In this document: in pieces, positions 27,580-37,360 of the stretch | Position numbering within the stretch: the stretch's first letter is position 1 | How the letters are laid out: each line of letters opens with the position of its first letter | Source: a virus | Length of the DNA stretch: 64,000 nucleotides | Direction: 5' to 3' (one strand) | Virus record (IMG/VR): IMGVR_UViG_3300021963_000027 | Location: 120,182-184,181 of that record | Program-made: the position numbers and the translations under genes | The notes under the pieces: generated by a model | Databases searched by the model: none | Told to the model about the DNA's origin: nothing | Seen by the model: the letters and a program-made list of their open reading frames with translations, nothing else

Positions 27580-28056
27580 TTAGAATCCTAATTTATTACA
27601 AGTATTATCTACACATTTTGGGATAAAAATCGTCGGAATTGTAGTCGTAGTAGTGGTTGTAGTTGTAGTAGTAGTTGTAGTAGTGTTTGTTATTTTAATA
27701 TTTAAAGGATTTAAAGTAGTTGGTAGTGTCAACGAAACCGATAGTGGTGGTATGGAAATCGTGGTAAAACGTGGCACAATAGGTGGTAAATTTACTGTGA
27801 CTTCTGGTTTCGGCACGCAACATTTTTCAGTTGTTGTTTCAGGTGGAGTAGTTGTTGGTGGTGGAGTAGTTGTAGCGGTGGTGGTAGAAGTGGTGGTGGA
27901 AGTGGTGGTAGTAGTGGTTGTAGAAGTAGAAGGTGGTGGAGTAGTGCTAGATGTAGGTGGTGGAGTAGTGCTAGAGGTAGGTGGTGGAGTAGTATCCGTA
28001 GGTGGAGGAGTAGTATCCGTAGGTGGAGTAGTACTAGAGGTAGTGGTGGTGGACAT
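27580..28056 (-). CDS. Thr/Pro-rich mucin-like protein
   Basis: Long poly-Thr tracts, TTPPP repeats, CC and terminal C..C; sits at the end of the tail-fibre operon. Confidence 0.6.
   Translation of the reverse strand: MSTTTTSSTTPPTDTTPPPTDTTPPPTSSTTPPPTSSTTPPPSTSTTTTTTTSTTTSTTTATTTPPPTTTPPETTTEKCCVPKPEVTVNLPPIVPRFTTISIPPLSVSLTLPTTLNPLNIKITNTTTTTTTTTTTTTTTIPTIFIPKCVDNTCNKLGF
27640..28050. repeat. Low-complexity GTA/GTG/GTT triplet and imperfect tandem repeats
   Basis: Repeated GGTGGTGGAGTAGT(G/A) units and triplet runs. Confidence 0.85.
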
Positions 28057-28091
28057 AATAGAGGATAAATTTATGAAATTTACTTTTCAAA

Positions 28092-28562
28092 TTACATTAA
28101 AATATAATTTGAATCATCAGTTACTATGTAAAAAGTATTCATATCGCGACTACCCGATGAAGTTGAAAAAGTTGTTCTATTAGTGCTTACTAAATTTGTT
28201 ATAGTGCTGCCAAATTTAGATATTTGTGTGTTACTATCGATTCCCTTACCTCCAATAGCCTCCCAATCGCCAATATTAGCTCCAGTGCCACTCTTCAATC
28301 GATATAGTATTTTGGTGTCACTATTATAAACAGTATCGCCGATTTCTGCTGGAGCGACACTGGTGATATTTGTCACTGTTCCTTTAAATAGATTACCAGC
28401 GAGAACGCCACCAGTCGTTACACCATCGCCAATAAATAATCGTTTGGTATCTGTAGTAAAAGCAGGTTCTCCCGAATTGAAAATTATATTTCTACGTTCA
28501 TTATCAGTTCCTTGGCGGAATAAAATTTTTAATAGTGTGTTGTTAAAGATTTCTATACTCAT
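28092..28562 (-). CDS. Tail-fibre-associated protein (Mtd-N-like domain)
   Basis: KILFRQGT...GEPAFTTDTKRLFIGDG. Confidence 0.7.
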   Translation of the reverse strand: MSIEIFNNTLLKILFRQGTDNERRNIIFNSGEPAFTTDTKRLFIGDGVTTGGVLAGNLFKGTVTNITSVAPAEIGDTVYNSDTKILYRLKSGTGANIGDWEAIGGKGIDSNTQISKFGSTITNLVSTNRTTFSTSSGSRDMNTFYIVTDDSNYILM

Positions 28563-28564
28563 GA

Positions 28565-29656
28565 TTAATATGCGAAAATTGGAATTGCGAATCTACCGAA
28601 TTGTTGACCTGTTTTTGAACTGAAATCACCTTCATAAGCTAAAAACCCAGCAGATGATAGTGTTATTGTTACCGTGGTGACACCATTTGATGATATCGCC
28701 TCAAATCTAGTTAATTGAAGACCTGGTATAGCACCTGTGATAGTGTGTGCAGGTGTCCCATTAAAAATAGATGATAAGCTATTTGTCGCATTTAACGTAG
28801 AATTGCCTGTCAGTGTTGTGAAAACAGACCTCTGAACTGCTTTTGTGTCACTAATGTTCGTCCACGCACTTAATTTGGTAGCAGATGAACCATTCATTTG
28901 ATATAGAACACCATCGAAAGTTGATACATCATTACCATTAGCACTTAGAGTTGTTAGAGAATTGTATGTGCTTACTGGTGGAAAAAATTGTGATTTACCA
29001 AAAGAAGAACTAATCGAATTGTATAATGAAGTATAATTAGCAGTTAAAATACCATCGACAAATGAAAAATTCGTCGGATTGGTTCTCAAAGTAACTGTAT
29101 TACCATTCCCACCGCTCAAACCATTTCCAAATGATGTTGACAATAATTCTCTAGTAGTAATCGATGCAGCATTTAACGATAATTTACTAGCTGAAAGTCC
29201 GAAAAATGTTGGATTATAATTGATTTGTAATTTATTATTATTAATAAACAAGCCACCACCAACTGTATTTGGGTTTATTTTAGATGCCGATAGACCACTC
29301 AATTTCAAATTGATTGTTGAAAAAGAGTCATACTCAAATTCTTGTGATACTTTGGTAGCGATCCTACCCCATTTTGTGATATCAGTATAAGGGTTCGCCG
29401 TTAATTGATACCAAATATTATCAATAGATACGATATCACCTATTTCCGAATATGTATCGGATAAACTATAAAAATTAGTCAGAGGTATATGATTTTTTGT
29501 CGTTATTGATACTCCACCGCTCAATACACCGTTTCCGATGTATAAACGTTTGGTATCAGTTGTGTATCCAGGTTCCCCTTGATCCAAACGAACAGATTTT
29601 CTTTGTTCATTCGTACCTCTACGGATTTTTAATTTAGATATGACGATATCAGGCAT
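28565..29656 (-). CDS. Tail fibre protein (Mtd-N-like domain)
   Basis: KLKIRRGT...GEPGYTTDTKRLYIGNG, then an S/T/N-rich shaft. Confidence 0.7.
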   Translation of the reverse strand: MPDIVISKLKIRRGTNEQRKSVRLDQGEPGYTTDTKRLYIGNGVLSGGVSITTKNHIPLTNFYSLSDTYSEIGDIVSIDNIWYQLTANPYTDITKWGRIATKVSQEFEYDSFSTINLKLSGLSASKINPNTVGGGLFINNNKLQINYNPTFFGLSASKLSLNAASITTRELLSTSFGNGLSGGNGNTVTLRTNPTNFSFVDGILTANYTSLYNSISSSFGKSQFFPPVSTYNSLTTLSANGNDVSTFDGVLYQMNGSSATKLSAWTNISDTKAVQRSVFTTLTGNSTLNATNSLSSIFNGTPAHTITGAIPGLQLTRFEAISSNGVTTVTITLSSAGFLAYEGDFSSKTGQQFGRFAIPIFAY

Positions 29657-29658
29657 AA

Positions 29659-30333
29659 TTATGAAGTTCTTTTCCAGACATAAACACCGAATGATGGTGG
29701 TGTATTATCAATAGGGTTCCCACTACCAGTATTATCCAAAAATACCTGACCATCTAAATTTAGCGTTTTATTCGTACTGTCGTCTGTCGTATGACCAGCG
29801 TTCTCGTGAACCATGGAACGTCTGGAATCCAATAAAGTTGGTTCACCGCTCATAAGAGTCTCTCCACTAGGTCCTCTAGTGCCAGTGACTCCAGTGTGGG
29901 TATGACTTGGTAACTGTCCTACAGTTAATGTGGTTACATATTCACCACTATTATCACCGCTTGTAATGTTTTTAAGATTTACTCCATCGTCACCCAAACC
30001 GACACCAGCCAAAAATCTACCTTCTGCCACAGCTTGCCATTTGGTATTCGAAAATCTCGATTGTGGATTGACATCATCAGATGAGAGATAAATTGAATTC
30101 ACAGGATAAAGGTAATCAATCAAAGTGGAGTAATTACCGATGCTATAATTGTCAGATGATAAAGTTCCAGTGAAAGATGCACCATTGCCATCAGAACCCA
30201 CTTTAAAAGAAGTTTTATTACCCGAACCATCATAAACTTGGGGTAAACTGGCTCCATCAGTGGGGACATTTGAGGTGTGTAATATTCCTTTATAAGAATC
30301 TGCGATGAATTGGTCAGTGAGATCAGGTAGCAT
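29659..30333 (-). CDS. Baseplate/short-fibre protein (gp10 C-terminal-like domain)
   Basis: YPVNSIYLS...P...W...GRFLAGVG, LTVGQLPSHTH, PPSFGVYVWKRTS. Confidence 0.75.
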   Translation of the reverse strand: MLPDLTDQFIADSYKGILHTSNVPTDGASLPQVYDGSGNKTSFKVGSDGNGASFTGTLSSDNYSIGNYSTLIDYLYPVNSIYLSSDDVNPQSRFSNTKWQAVAEGRFLAGVGLGDDGVNLKNITSGDNSGEYVTTLTVGQLPSHTHTGVTGTRGPSGETLMSGEPTLLDSRRSMVHENAGHTTDDSTNKTLNLDGQVFLDNTGSGNPIDNTPPSFGVYVWKRTS

Positions 30334-30341
30334 AATATTAT

Positions 30342-32123
30342 TTATTCGGAAGTTGTTAAATTGGAAATTAATTTTTGTTGAATTTCGACTATTAATGTGA
30401 AAATTCTTTGCATAGTTGTTGTGTTGATGCTTTCATTGCCATTAATTCGTAAATTATCAAAGTCGTAACTGATCAATTCAATATTATTCAATAATACGTC
30501 ATCTTTTTTAAAATTAAATGAATTTGACGCTTTGGTGAAGAGTGTCAATACGTCTTTCAGAATGTTCGAAAGATTTTGGTTGAAAAATATACCGAACGAA
30601 TAATCTCCACATGTCACATTTTTGAAATTTTTCGTGATATTACTATCAATTGCAGTGTATCTATTATCTTCGATAGGTTGTTTTAGTACATATATTCTAC
30701 CAGAATTGTGTAATAATGTGTAATTTTTATCACCCTTAGTAATTTCACTGAATAGTATGTTATAAAAGTTATTGGCGTTCATTCTATTCGTATTCCACTT
30801 AATTGGAGCGTTGTCACTGCCAAATTTATGATAAGTGTTTTTGAAGAGATAGTCAGGTGGATATTTCAAATTGAATTTCTTGAAATTATTGGCAGTATTA
30901 CGTGGGTTGGATATAAATCTAGTTTCAATATTCTTCACACTTCTTATATAAAATATATTAGAATCGTAAGTTGAAAAAGCGATATCATAATTATCCACCT
31001 CCAAATCATTTATTTCATAATTAGTGAAAGTAGTGGAGATGGAATAAGGAACAAATGTAAAAATTGAATAAATACCGTTTTTTTCATGTAAAATGATGAC
31101 AAAATCGTCAACACTTCTGATATCAATCGCCACGACATTTTCTATACTATATTCAGATAGATTTACTCTTCCAAGTAATGTTGAAGATTTTTTATTCCAA
31201 AGATAAAGAATATTCCCATCAATTACGGTTCTCATATTGTCACCATATTTCATAAATTTCACATTATTGGAATTTATGTTGAAAAATTTGTCATTGAAAT
31301 TGCCAAATGCTTTTGAAAATTTCTCTTTAGCACTCCATTTTAAAGAAATGGTGTCAACATTGCCGATTTTTATACTATCAACTAAGATTAAAGCTTCACA
31401 TTCGATATAATTCAATCCTTCATAAGTGTTGATGACATCATTTATAATTATATTGATTTTATTTTCAAATTCATCATAATTTATACCATAAACCTCCTCG
31501 CCAAATTCCAAGTTTTGAATATTATATGTCAATAATGAAGTATCATCAAATGATCCATTTATTGTTATCAATTCTTTACCAGTTGAGCAGAGATATTTGA
31601 ATTTTTGATCAGATTTCACTACAAAATCACCATATTTCACTTTTTCTAAAAAATCCCATTCACTCGAATAGTTAAAATTGTCAATATGTGTGACAACATC
31701 TTTACCCACCATCAAATCATTGTTTCTTTCATCTCTAATTGTTGATGATAGTCCATAAAAATGGCAATCGTTTTCATCGAAATCCACGATTTGAGGGTTA
31801 CTAATAATCAAAGATTTGAAAACAATCAAATTGTTTGTATTGATTTTATCGAAAATTTTATCTAATTCATTTTTATTTAAAACATCGAAAGCATTAGTGA
31901 AATATGGTGTTATGTGTTGAATCGAATCAAATTGATTATCAAATTCTAATTTTTTAAGATAAAATTCCGACGAAAAATTATTTTTCGATGTCAATTCTTC
32001 AGAGAATTGGTCTTTGGTCTTGCCAGTATAAGCCACACCATTATCAACATTAAAAAATCCTGAATAATCAATACCATTTAAGGTAAAGGATTCACCGTTT
32101 GTATATTTGAAATATGTCATCAT
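30342..32123 (-). CDS. Putative baseplate/tail structural protein
   Basis: 593 aa, N-rich, within the baseplate operon. Confidence 0.55.
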   Translation of the reverse strand: MMTYFKYTNGESFTLNGIDYSGFFNVDNGVAYTGKTKDQFSEELTSKNNFSSEFYLKKLEFDNQFDSIQHITPYFTNAFDVLNKNELDKIFDKINTNNLIVFKSLIISNPQIVDFDENDCHFYGLSSTIRDERNNDLMVGKDVVTHIDNFNYSSEWDFLEKVKYGDFVVKSDQKFKYLCSTGKELITINGSFDDTSLLTYNIQNLEFGEEVYGINYDEFENKINIIINDVINTYEGLNYIECEALILVDSIKIGNVDTISLKWSAKEKFSKAFGNFNDKFFNINSNNVKFMKYGDNMRTVIDGNILYLWNKKSSTLLGRVNLSEYSIENVVAIDIRSVDDFVIILHEKNGIYSIFTFVPYSISTTFTNYEINDLEVDNYDIAFSTYDSNIFYIRSVKNIETRFISNPRNTANNFKKFNLKYPPDYLFKNTYHKFGSDNAPIKWNTNRMNANNFYNILFSEITKGDKNYTLLHNSGRIYVLKQPIEDNRYTAIDSNITKNFKNVTCGDYSFGIFFNQNLSNILKDVLTLFTKASNSFNFKKDDVLLNNIELISYDFDNLRINGNESINTTTMQRIFTLIVEIQQKLISNLTTSE

Positions 32124-34330
32124 TATTCAATAAATTCTATGTTATTTACTTCCGAAGTTAAAGGTGAGAAGGATTTGCATGTTTCCGTTACAATCCTTTT
32201 CAATTCATTTTTGATATTATCGGGGAGACTAATATTTTTAATCAAAATATCAACATGATTTGATTTGAAGGTTTGATTATTACAGACACTTTGCAACAAT
32301 TCGATTTCATCTTCGCTATTTCTTTGTCCAGATGGAATAGTGATAACCAGAGTGTCTATACTTTGCAACCCATTGGTGTATGGTAATATTAAAGATTCGT
32401 CGAAATCGATATATCTTGTATATATTTTGAAATTTTTAATATGATCATTATCAACAAAGTCTCCGAAAAGTATTTTCTTGCCAAAAAATTGTGATTTATC
32501 AAAAGTGAACTCTTTGATACTTGCACCATTCAGATTAAAATATCCTCGTCCATTAATAGCATCGATAGCAACTACCAACGTGTTAATTTTTAATTTTTTA
32601 AAGCTTGCAGTAGCATCAAAACCGATAATAGTTTCATTACTAGAATCATACAAATTCATCAGAAATGAAATATTACCATCATTCTTCTTATCAATATTCA
32701 ATCCACCATTAATATTATTGCGTTTACTAGAAAACGACCAATTGGTATTATCACCACTGAAAGTGAAAAATATGGAAAAGACACCATCTGCATTTATATT
32801 TTCAAAATAATTTATTTCGTTGAAAAAATTAACATTTTCAATTTTACACACTGGAATCTCATCTGGAGAACTCACAGTAGGTAAAGAATTCAACCGTTCA
32901 TATACAAATACATCATTTGGTTCAATGATAAAATCACTTTTTTTATCAAAAACCTGATAAGCTGATAAACTTTGTTTGGCGAGTTCATTTCCTGATACCA
33001 ATTGTTCAATCAAATCAGTGTAAGTAACATTGAAAGTTGAATTAGTCGCCAATGCTGATGCCTTCTCAATGCGATCTGGGTAATAATATCTATCTACCCA
33101 TACTTTATTATTACTCGAAGGCGAACCAGATAACCAAGTGCATAGGTAATTTTGTCCATCAGTGTATCCATTGGCATTATCCAATTTGTAAACCTTATCA
33201 GCATACAGAGGAGTTGTATATGAAAATGCTCCTGATTCTACAAATTTTGTATCATTTATGTTGATTTTTGTGAAAGGATTTAGATCGTTTGGAGCTTTAA
33301 TCGTATTCATACCACTTTTAATGATATAAGGTTTATTGTAGAATACATAATTCAAAGACAAACTTTCGTCTTTCTCACTATCAATATCATTGAAAATCGA
33401 TGTATACGATCTCATCTCTTTCATGTAGAAAGGAGAATTGTTTGAAGATATCAAAGTGTTTCCAGATGTGAAAATATCTTCTTGTGTCAATTGGTTTTTC
33501 AAAGTGATGATCTCAACATCATCGTTTTCAGAATGCAATAGATAATTGTTAGATAAATCTTTTTCTATCAGATTATCTGGGATGATGTTACTCTCCTCAT
33601 AACCAACCAATGTGAAATTCTCATTGTCACCAATATTATTATAGATTTTTTTGTCAATTTTGATATTATTCAAGGGAGCCAATATTTTATTGGCACTTGT
33701 AAACGGAACTAGAGTTAGATTATTACCTTGTTTTGTGAGTATCTTACAAGATCCATCATTTCTGAATAGGCATAACGAGTTATTAGAGCTAGAGTAAATG
33801 TAATTGAAATCTATACCAGACAATCCTAATTTTCTAGTATAAAAATTGACAGTGTTGTTAGAATCTTGCGTTAGATAGTATTTTTTATAATTGTAAATTT
33901 TGTAAATGTTACAAACATTTGAATCTTTCAGATCAATTATAAAATTGGTCGAATCTGATGTAATATCAAGGAAAGAATAATCTCCATAATAATCATATTT
34001 TGTATAAATACCAGATAATGCCAATTGTTCCGTATCTTTTGGTTTGAATCCCAAATAAATCCCTCCAAATTTTAAAAATGTTAGAGATTTTTCCAATTTT
34101 ATAACATTTTTATCATTGAGAGTTATGTCAGACAGCTTACGTTCATCAGTCAAATAGAAAATGCTGTAATTTTTATATTTGACATCTCTGATGTTGGAAA
34201 ATGCGTTATAAAAATTGAATTTATACCCTCCATCATAGTATCTTTCAAATTTATTGAGCGTGAAATTCTCATCATTGTATGAGAAATCACGAGCTTTACA
34301 GGATGATATTTGACTTATAAAGGTATCCAC
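32123..34330 (-). CDS. Putative baseplate/tail structural protein
   Basis: 735 aa, GTG start after TAAATA, beta-rich C-terminal region. Confidence 0.55.
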   Translation of the reverse strand: MDTFISQISSCKARDFSYNDENFTLNKFERYYDGGYKFNFYNAFSNIRDVKYKNYSIFYLTDERKLSDITLNDKNVIKLEKSLTFLKFGGIYLGFKPKDTEQLALSGIYTKYDYYGDYSFLDITSDSTNFIIDLKDSNVCNIYKIYNYKKYYLTQDSNNTVNFYTRKLGLSGIDFNYIYSSSNNSLCLFRNDGSCKILTKQGNNLTLVPFTSANKILAPLNNIKIDKKIYNNIGDNENFTLVGYEESNIIPDNLIEKDLSNNYLLHSENDDVEIITLKNQLTQEDIFTSGNTLISSNNSPFYMKEMRSYTSIFNDIDSEKDESLSLNYVFYNKPYIIKSGMNTIKAPNDLNPFTKININDTKFVESGAFSYTTPLYADKVYKLDNANGYTDGQNYLCTWLSGSPSSNNKVWVDRYYYPDRIEKASALATNSTFNVTYTDLIEQLVSGNELAKQSLSAYQVFDKKSDFIIEPNDVFVYERLNSLPTVSSPDEIPVCKIENVNFFNEINYFENINADGVFSIFFTFSGDNTNWSFSSKRNNINGGLNIDKKNDGNISFLMNLYDSSNETIIGFDATASFKKLKINTLVVAIDAINGRGYFNLNGASIKEFTFDKSQFFGKKILFGDFVDNDHIKNFKIYTRYIDFDESLILPYTNGLQSIDTLVITIPSGQRNSEDEIELLQSVCNNQTFKSNHVDILIKNISLPDNIKNELKRIVTETCKSFSPLTSEVNNIEFIE

Positions 34331-34338
34331 ATTAGTAT

Positions 34339-34827
34339 TTAATTGAATGGTGTTTCAAGCTCAATCAAATACCCACCATTTTTGGTCACAAATTGGTGTA
34401 TTTTTTTATCAAATTTGCTGATGGTCTTTATCAACGTTAAATCTTCAATACTTTGCGAATAATTATAATTGATAACACTGATGGGAACGGTAAAAGTGGA
34501 GATATCACCATTACAATAGGATATGTAAACATTTGCCGATAGATTTTTACTCGTCGAAGAAACACTTGGGTAATAGACATGACTATGAGTAGTATTCAAT
34601 ACCTCCGAATACCTATTAATCGGTGAAAAAATGTTTAACATGACATCATTTTCAAAAAAATCTTCAACATTATCACCCCAATTTATTTTCAAGAAACAAG
34701 GTAAAAATTTTTCCGAAACACCAGTCAAAACAACATTTAGTGTTGTTATATCATTCAACACCACCAAAGGCACTGTCGTTGTATTGGATGTGTTACTCGA
34801 AGATAAAGATAAATATGCAGTATTCAT
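34339..34827 (-). CDS. Putative structural protein with PKD-like motif
   Basis: KINWGDN and HVY motifs. Confidence 0.55.
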   Translation of the reverse strand: MNTAYLSLSSSNTSNTTTVPLVVLNDITTLNVVLTGVSEKFLPCFLKINWGDNVEDFFENDVMLNIFSPINRYSEVLNTTHSHVYYPSVSSTSKNLSANVYISYCNGDISTFTVPISVINYNYSQSIEDLTLIKTISKFDKKIHQFVTKNGGYLIELETPFN

Positions 34828-37355
34828 TTTTGATTGTATTGTGAAATATTTATTATTTCCAAAGGATTCATTTTGAAATCCATTTCACTCATAACAAATT
34901 CATTTAGAGCATTCTTAATCAAGAATGATGTGGTGAACTTATCATTTTTCGGATTGTAAGCCAATGTTGGCGATTCAAATGTGGACATTGAGGGCGAATT
35001 CACCTTTATTGGAGATATTGAATAATCATCATATTCTGATAAAGTGTGTTTTTCAGTGTTGAATTCAAATATCGAAGGGCTTACAAGCACATAATCAACA
35101 TTATTACTCGATAAGCTTCTAATAGTGGTGAAGTAAATGTTGCCATCTTTACTGTATCTATTTGAAATATTACCATTATGTTGGATTATATATGTCTGTT
35201 TGGTTGGAGTCAAAAATTCACCATCTTCAAAAATCAATTTAGTGATAATTAAGTTGTTTTCCGTTTCAATTGTGAGAATATCAGAGATAATATCAAATCT
35301 CTTAACAGCACTTACCGATTCAGTATACACTGACAATGGAAGAACACCCGTTAGATAACTCAATTCAGATTCAAAAGGTGAAATTTCCATTGTATATGAG
35401 TTTCTAACATACAATTTACCATTCAAATTGAATCTGTTATAAAGATTTTGAACAGGTGCTGACGATAATACGTATTCACTCGATTTCAAAGTAGTATTAT
35501 CGTAATAAATTTGAGATATAGTTGGGGAAAAATCTGGATAATCACTACCAAACCAAGCACCATCAATCATAAATGTGCTTAATTCATTAGGAAACACATT
35601 TTGAGTCATGTTCGCTGTTATAGTCGGAAATCTAGAATCATCCAAAGCTCTTCTCAATGGTGAGGAAGAATTAATACCACCTTCAATCAGTCTTGAGTAA
35701 TAGAAATTACCACTCAATTCAAAAGAACTCAAATCAGACGATGCTGCGTCGATATACGGAGTATCACCGTCCATTATGAACAAACCTTCCAATGTTTGGA
35801 AATTTGGAAGATATTCATTCTCATAATAAAATTGATTATTACTGAAATCACCACCAAATATTTGATAATACAGATCGATGCTAGAAAAACCGTTGGTGAA
35901 TGTGCTTAGTCCTGATCTACTTGTGTAATCATATGTGGTATTATCAACCGTTGAATAATTGAAATTGAAGCCTTCTCCATAGAGATAGTCATAGAAAGTG
36001 TGACCATTTAATATCTGATAATATACAGGGGCAGCTTCATAAGTAGAAATAGTTTTTGTGAAGCTATTATCATCTTTAAACAAACCGAATAAATTGTTGT
36101 AGATATCGCGTTTAGAATCTTGTAGATAACCGATATTTGGTAATCTATCAAGATATTTGTCGAAATTTGGTTCGATTTTTGATACGTATCCGTAATATTT
36201 GCTGTCATTTCTTTTACTCGATGGTAATATTTGCGATTTACCAGAAGTGAAATTTCTACGAACATAGTCATTATCATTGATAAACGTGACAATATCACCA
36301 TTATCACCTCTTATAGACGGATCAGGGAAATAATAAATGGTATTCGGTTCCAGATTCTCAGTATTGAAAGAAAAGCTGAGTGTTTTCCCATCAATATTGA
36401 TTATCGAGGTTTTATGAGGTCGAAAATATCCAATATCTTCTTTTGAAATTAAGATTTTTCTATCTGTCGATGCTGTAGTTGGGTAATCAACATTTAAAAA
36501 ATTTTGTGACGGATCATCAGCCAATATAGCCAAACCAGATACAAAATTATTCACAGTTGAGCCAGTGGACAAGTAATAAAAATCACTACCAATGTATTTT
36601 TTAGTCAGTCTTCTTTTATTGTCCAAAAGGTCATTTATTTCTTTGATACCTAATTCCGAACTAGACATACCAGAAAACACGTTTGAAATAATTTCTGAAT
36701 TATTTTTCAAAAATATATCCAACCCATAATCTAGATCTTTATTATCATAAATCCTATCATTCGGAGTTTGGTTGAAATATAATGGATATGAATCATACAA
36801 TTCATCAATATCAATATCAATATTTTCTTTGATTTGTTGAATATCATAATAAATTTCACCATTAGAAACATTTTCCAAATAATTTATGATATTGTTTCTT
36901 ATTTCTTGCACCAATAGATTATTAGTGCCGAGTAACTTTTTCTTTACAACTTGATATTTTGCTTCTTCTCTCTTTTTATTGTAATAATTAGCAATCTCTA
37001 TCAATTTTCGACTGTAGAACGGTATTGCCAACTCTAAATCCAAAGGATCATTGAAATCCAATTGTGATAAGAATTTCTGCTCCTCTGTTGTGGAGTATTT
37101 TAAATTTATTTCTTTTATGAAATCTCTATATCTCTCGATAATAACCAAAGAATCTTCTGATTCCTTCACATTCTTCACCCTATTCCATCTTTTCAAGTAT
37201 TGAATGTAAACATTTTGCAAGTTATCAACTGAATCTTCTGCTACTTTTATAAATTCTAAGAAAGAAAATGGTTGTGACGAATCCAAAGCATCGACAATAT
37301 CGACATTTGGATTTGTGATGGATTTGGGAAGTGTGATGTTTAATACGTTCTCCAT
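34824..37355 (-). CDS. Putative baseplate structural protein
   Basis: 843 aa with TAAATA upstream, in the baseplate cluster. Confidence 0.55.
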   Translation of the reverse strand: MENVLNITLPKSITNPNVDIVDALDSSQPFSFLEFIKVAEDSVDNLQNVYIQYLKRWNRVKNVKESEDSLVIIERYRDFIKEINLKYSTTEEQKFLSQLDFNDPLDLELAIPFYSRKLIEIANYYNKKREEAKYQVVKKKLLGTNNLLVQEIRNNIINYLENVSNGEIYYDIQQIKENIDIDIDELYDSYPLYFNQTPNDRIYDNKDLDYGLDIFLKNNSEIISNVFSGMSSSELGIKEINDLLDNKRRLTKKYIGSDFYYLSTGSTVNNFVSGLAILADDPSQNFLNVDYPTTASTDRKILISKEDIGYFRPHKTSIINIDGKTLSFSFNTENLEPNTIYYFPDPSIRGDNGDIVTFINDNDYVRRNFTSGKSQILPSSKRNDSKYYGYVSKIEPNFDKYLDRLPNIGYLQDSKRDIYNNLFGLFKDDNSFTKTISTYEAAPVYYQILNGHTFYDYLYGEGFNFNYSTVDNTTYDYTSRSGLSTFTNGFSSIDLYYQIFGGDFSNNQFYYENEYLPNFQTLEGLFIMDGDTPYIDAASSDLSSFELSGNFYYSRLIEGGINSSSPLRRALDDSRFPTITANMTQNVFPNELSTFMIDGAWFGSDYPDFSPTISQIYYDNTTLKSSEYVLSSAPVQNLYNRFNLNGKLYVRNSYTMEISPFESELSYLTGVLPLSVYTESVSAVKRFDIISDILTIETENNLIITKLIFEDGEFLTPTKQTYIIQHNGNISNRYSKDGNIYFTTIRSLSSNNVDYVLVSPSIFEFNTEKHTLSEYDDYSISPIKVNSPSMSTFESPTLAYNPKNDKFTTSFLIKNALNEFVMSEMDFKMNPLEIINISQYNQK

Positions 37356-37360
37356 TTTTA

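Noticed and set aside
27653-28183. 176-aa poly-Val/Gly ORF on the + strand
   Set aside because: It is the antisense shadow of the Thr/Pro repeat gene, which is collinear with the minus-strand operon.
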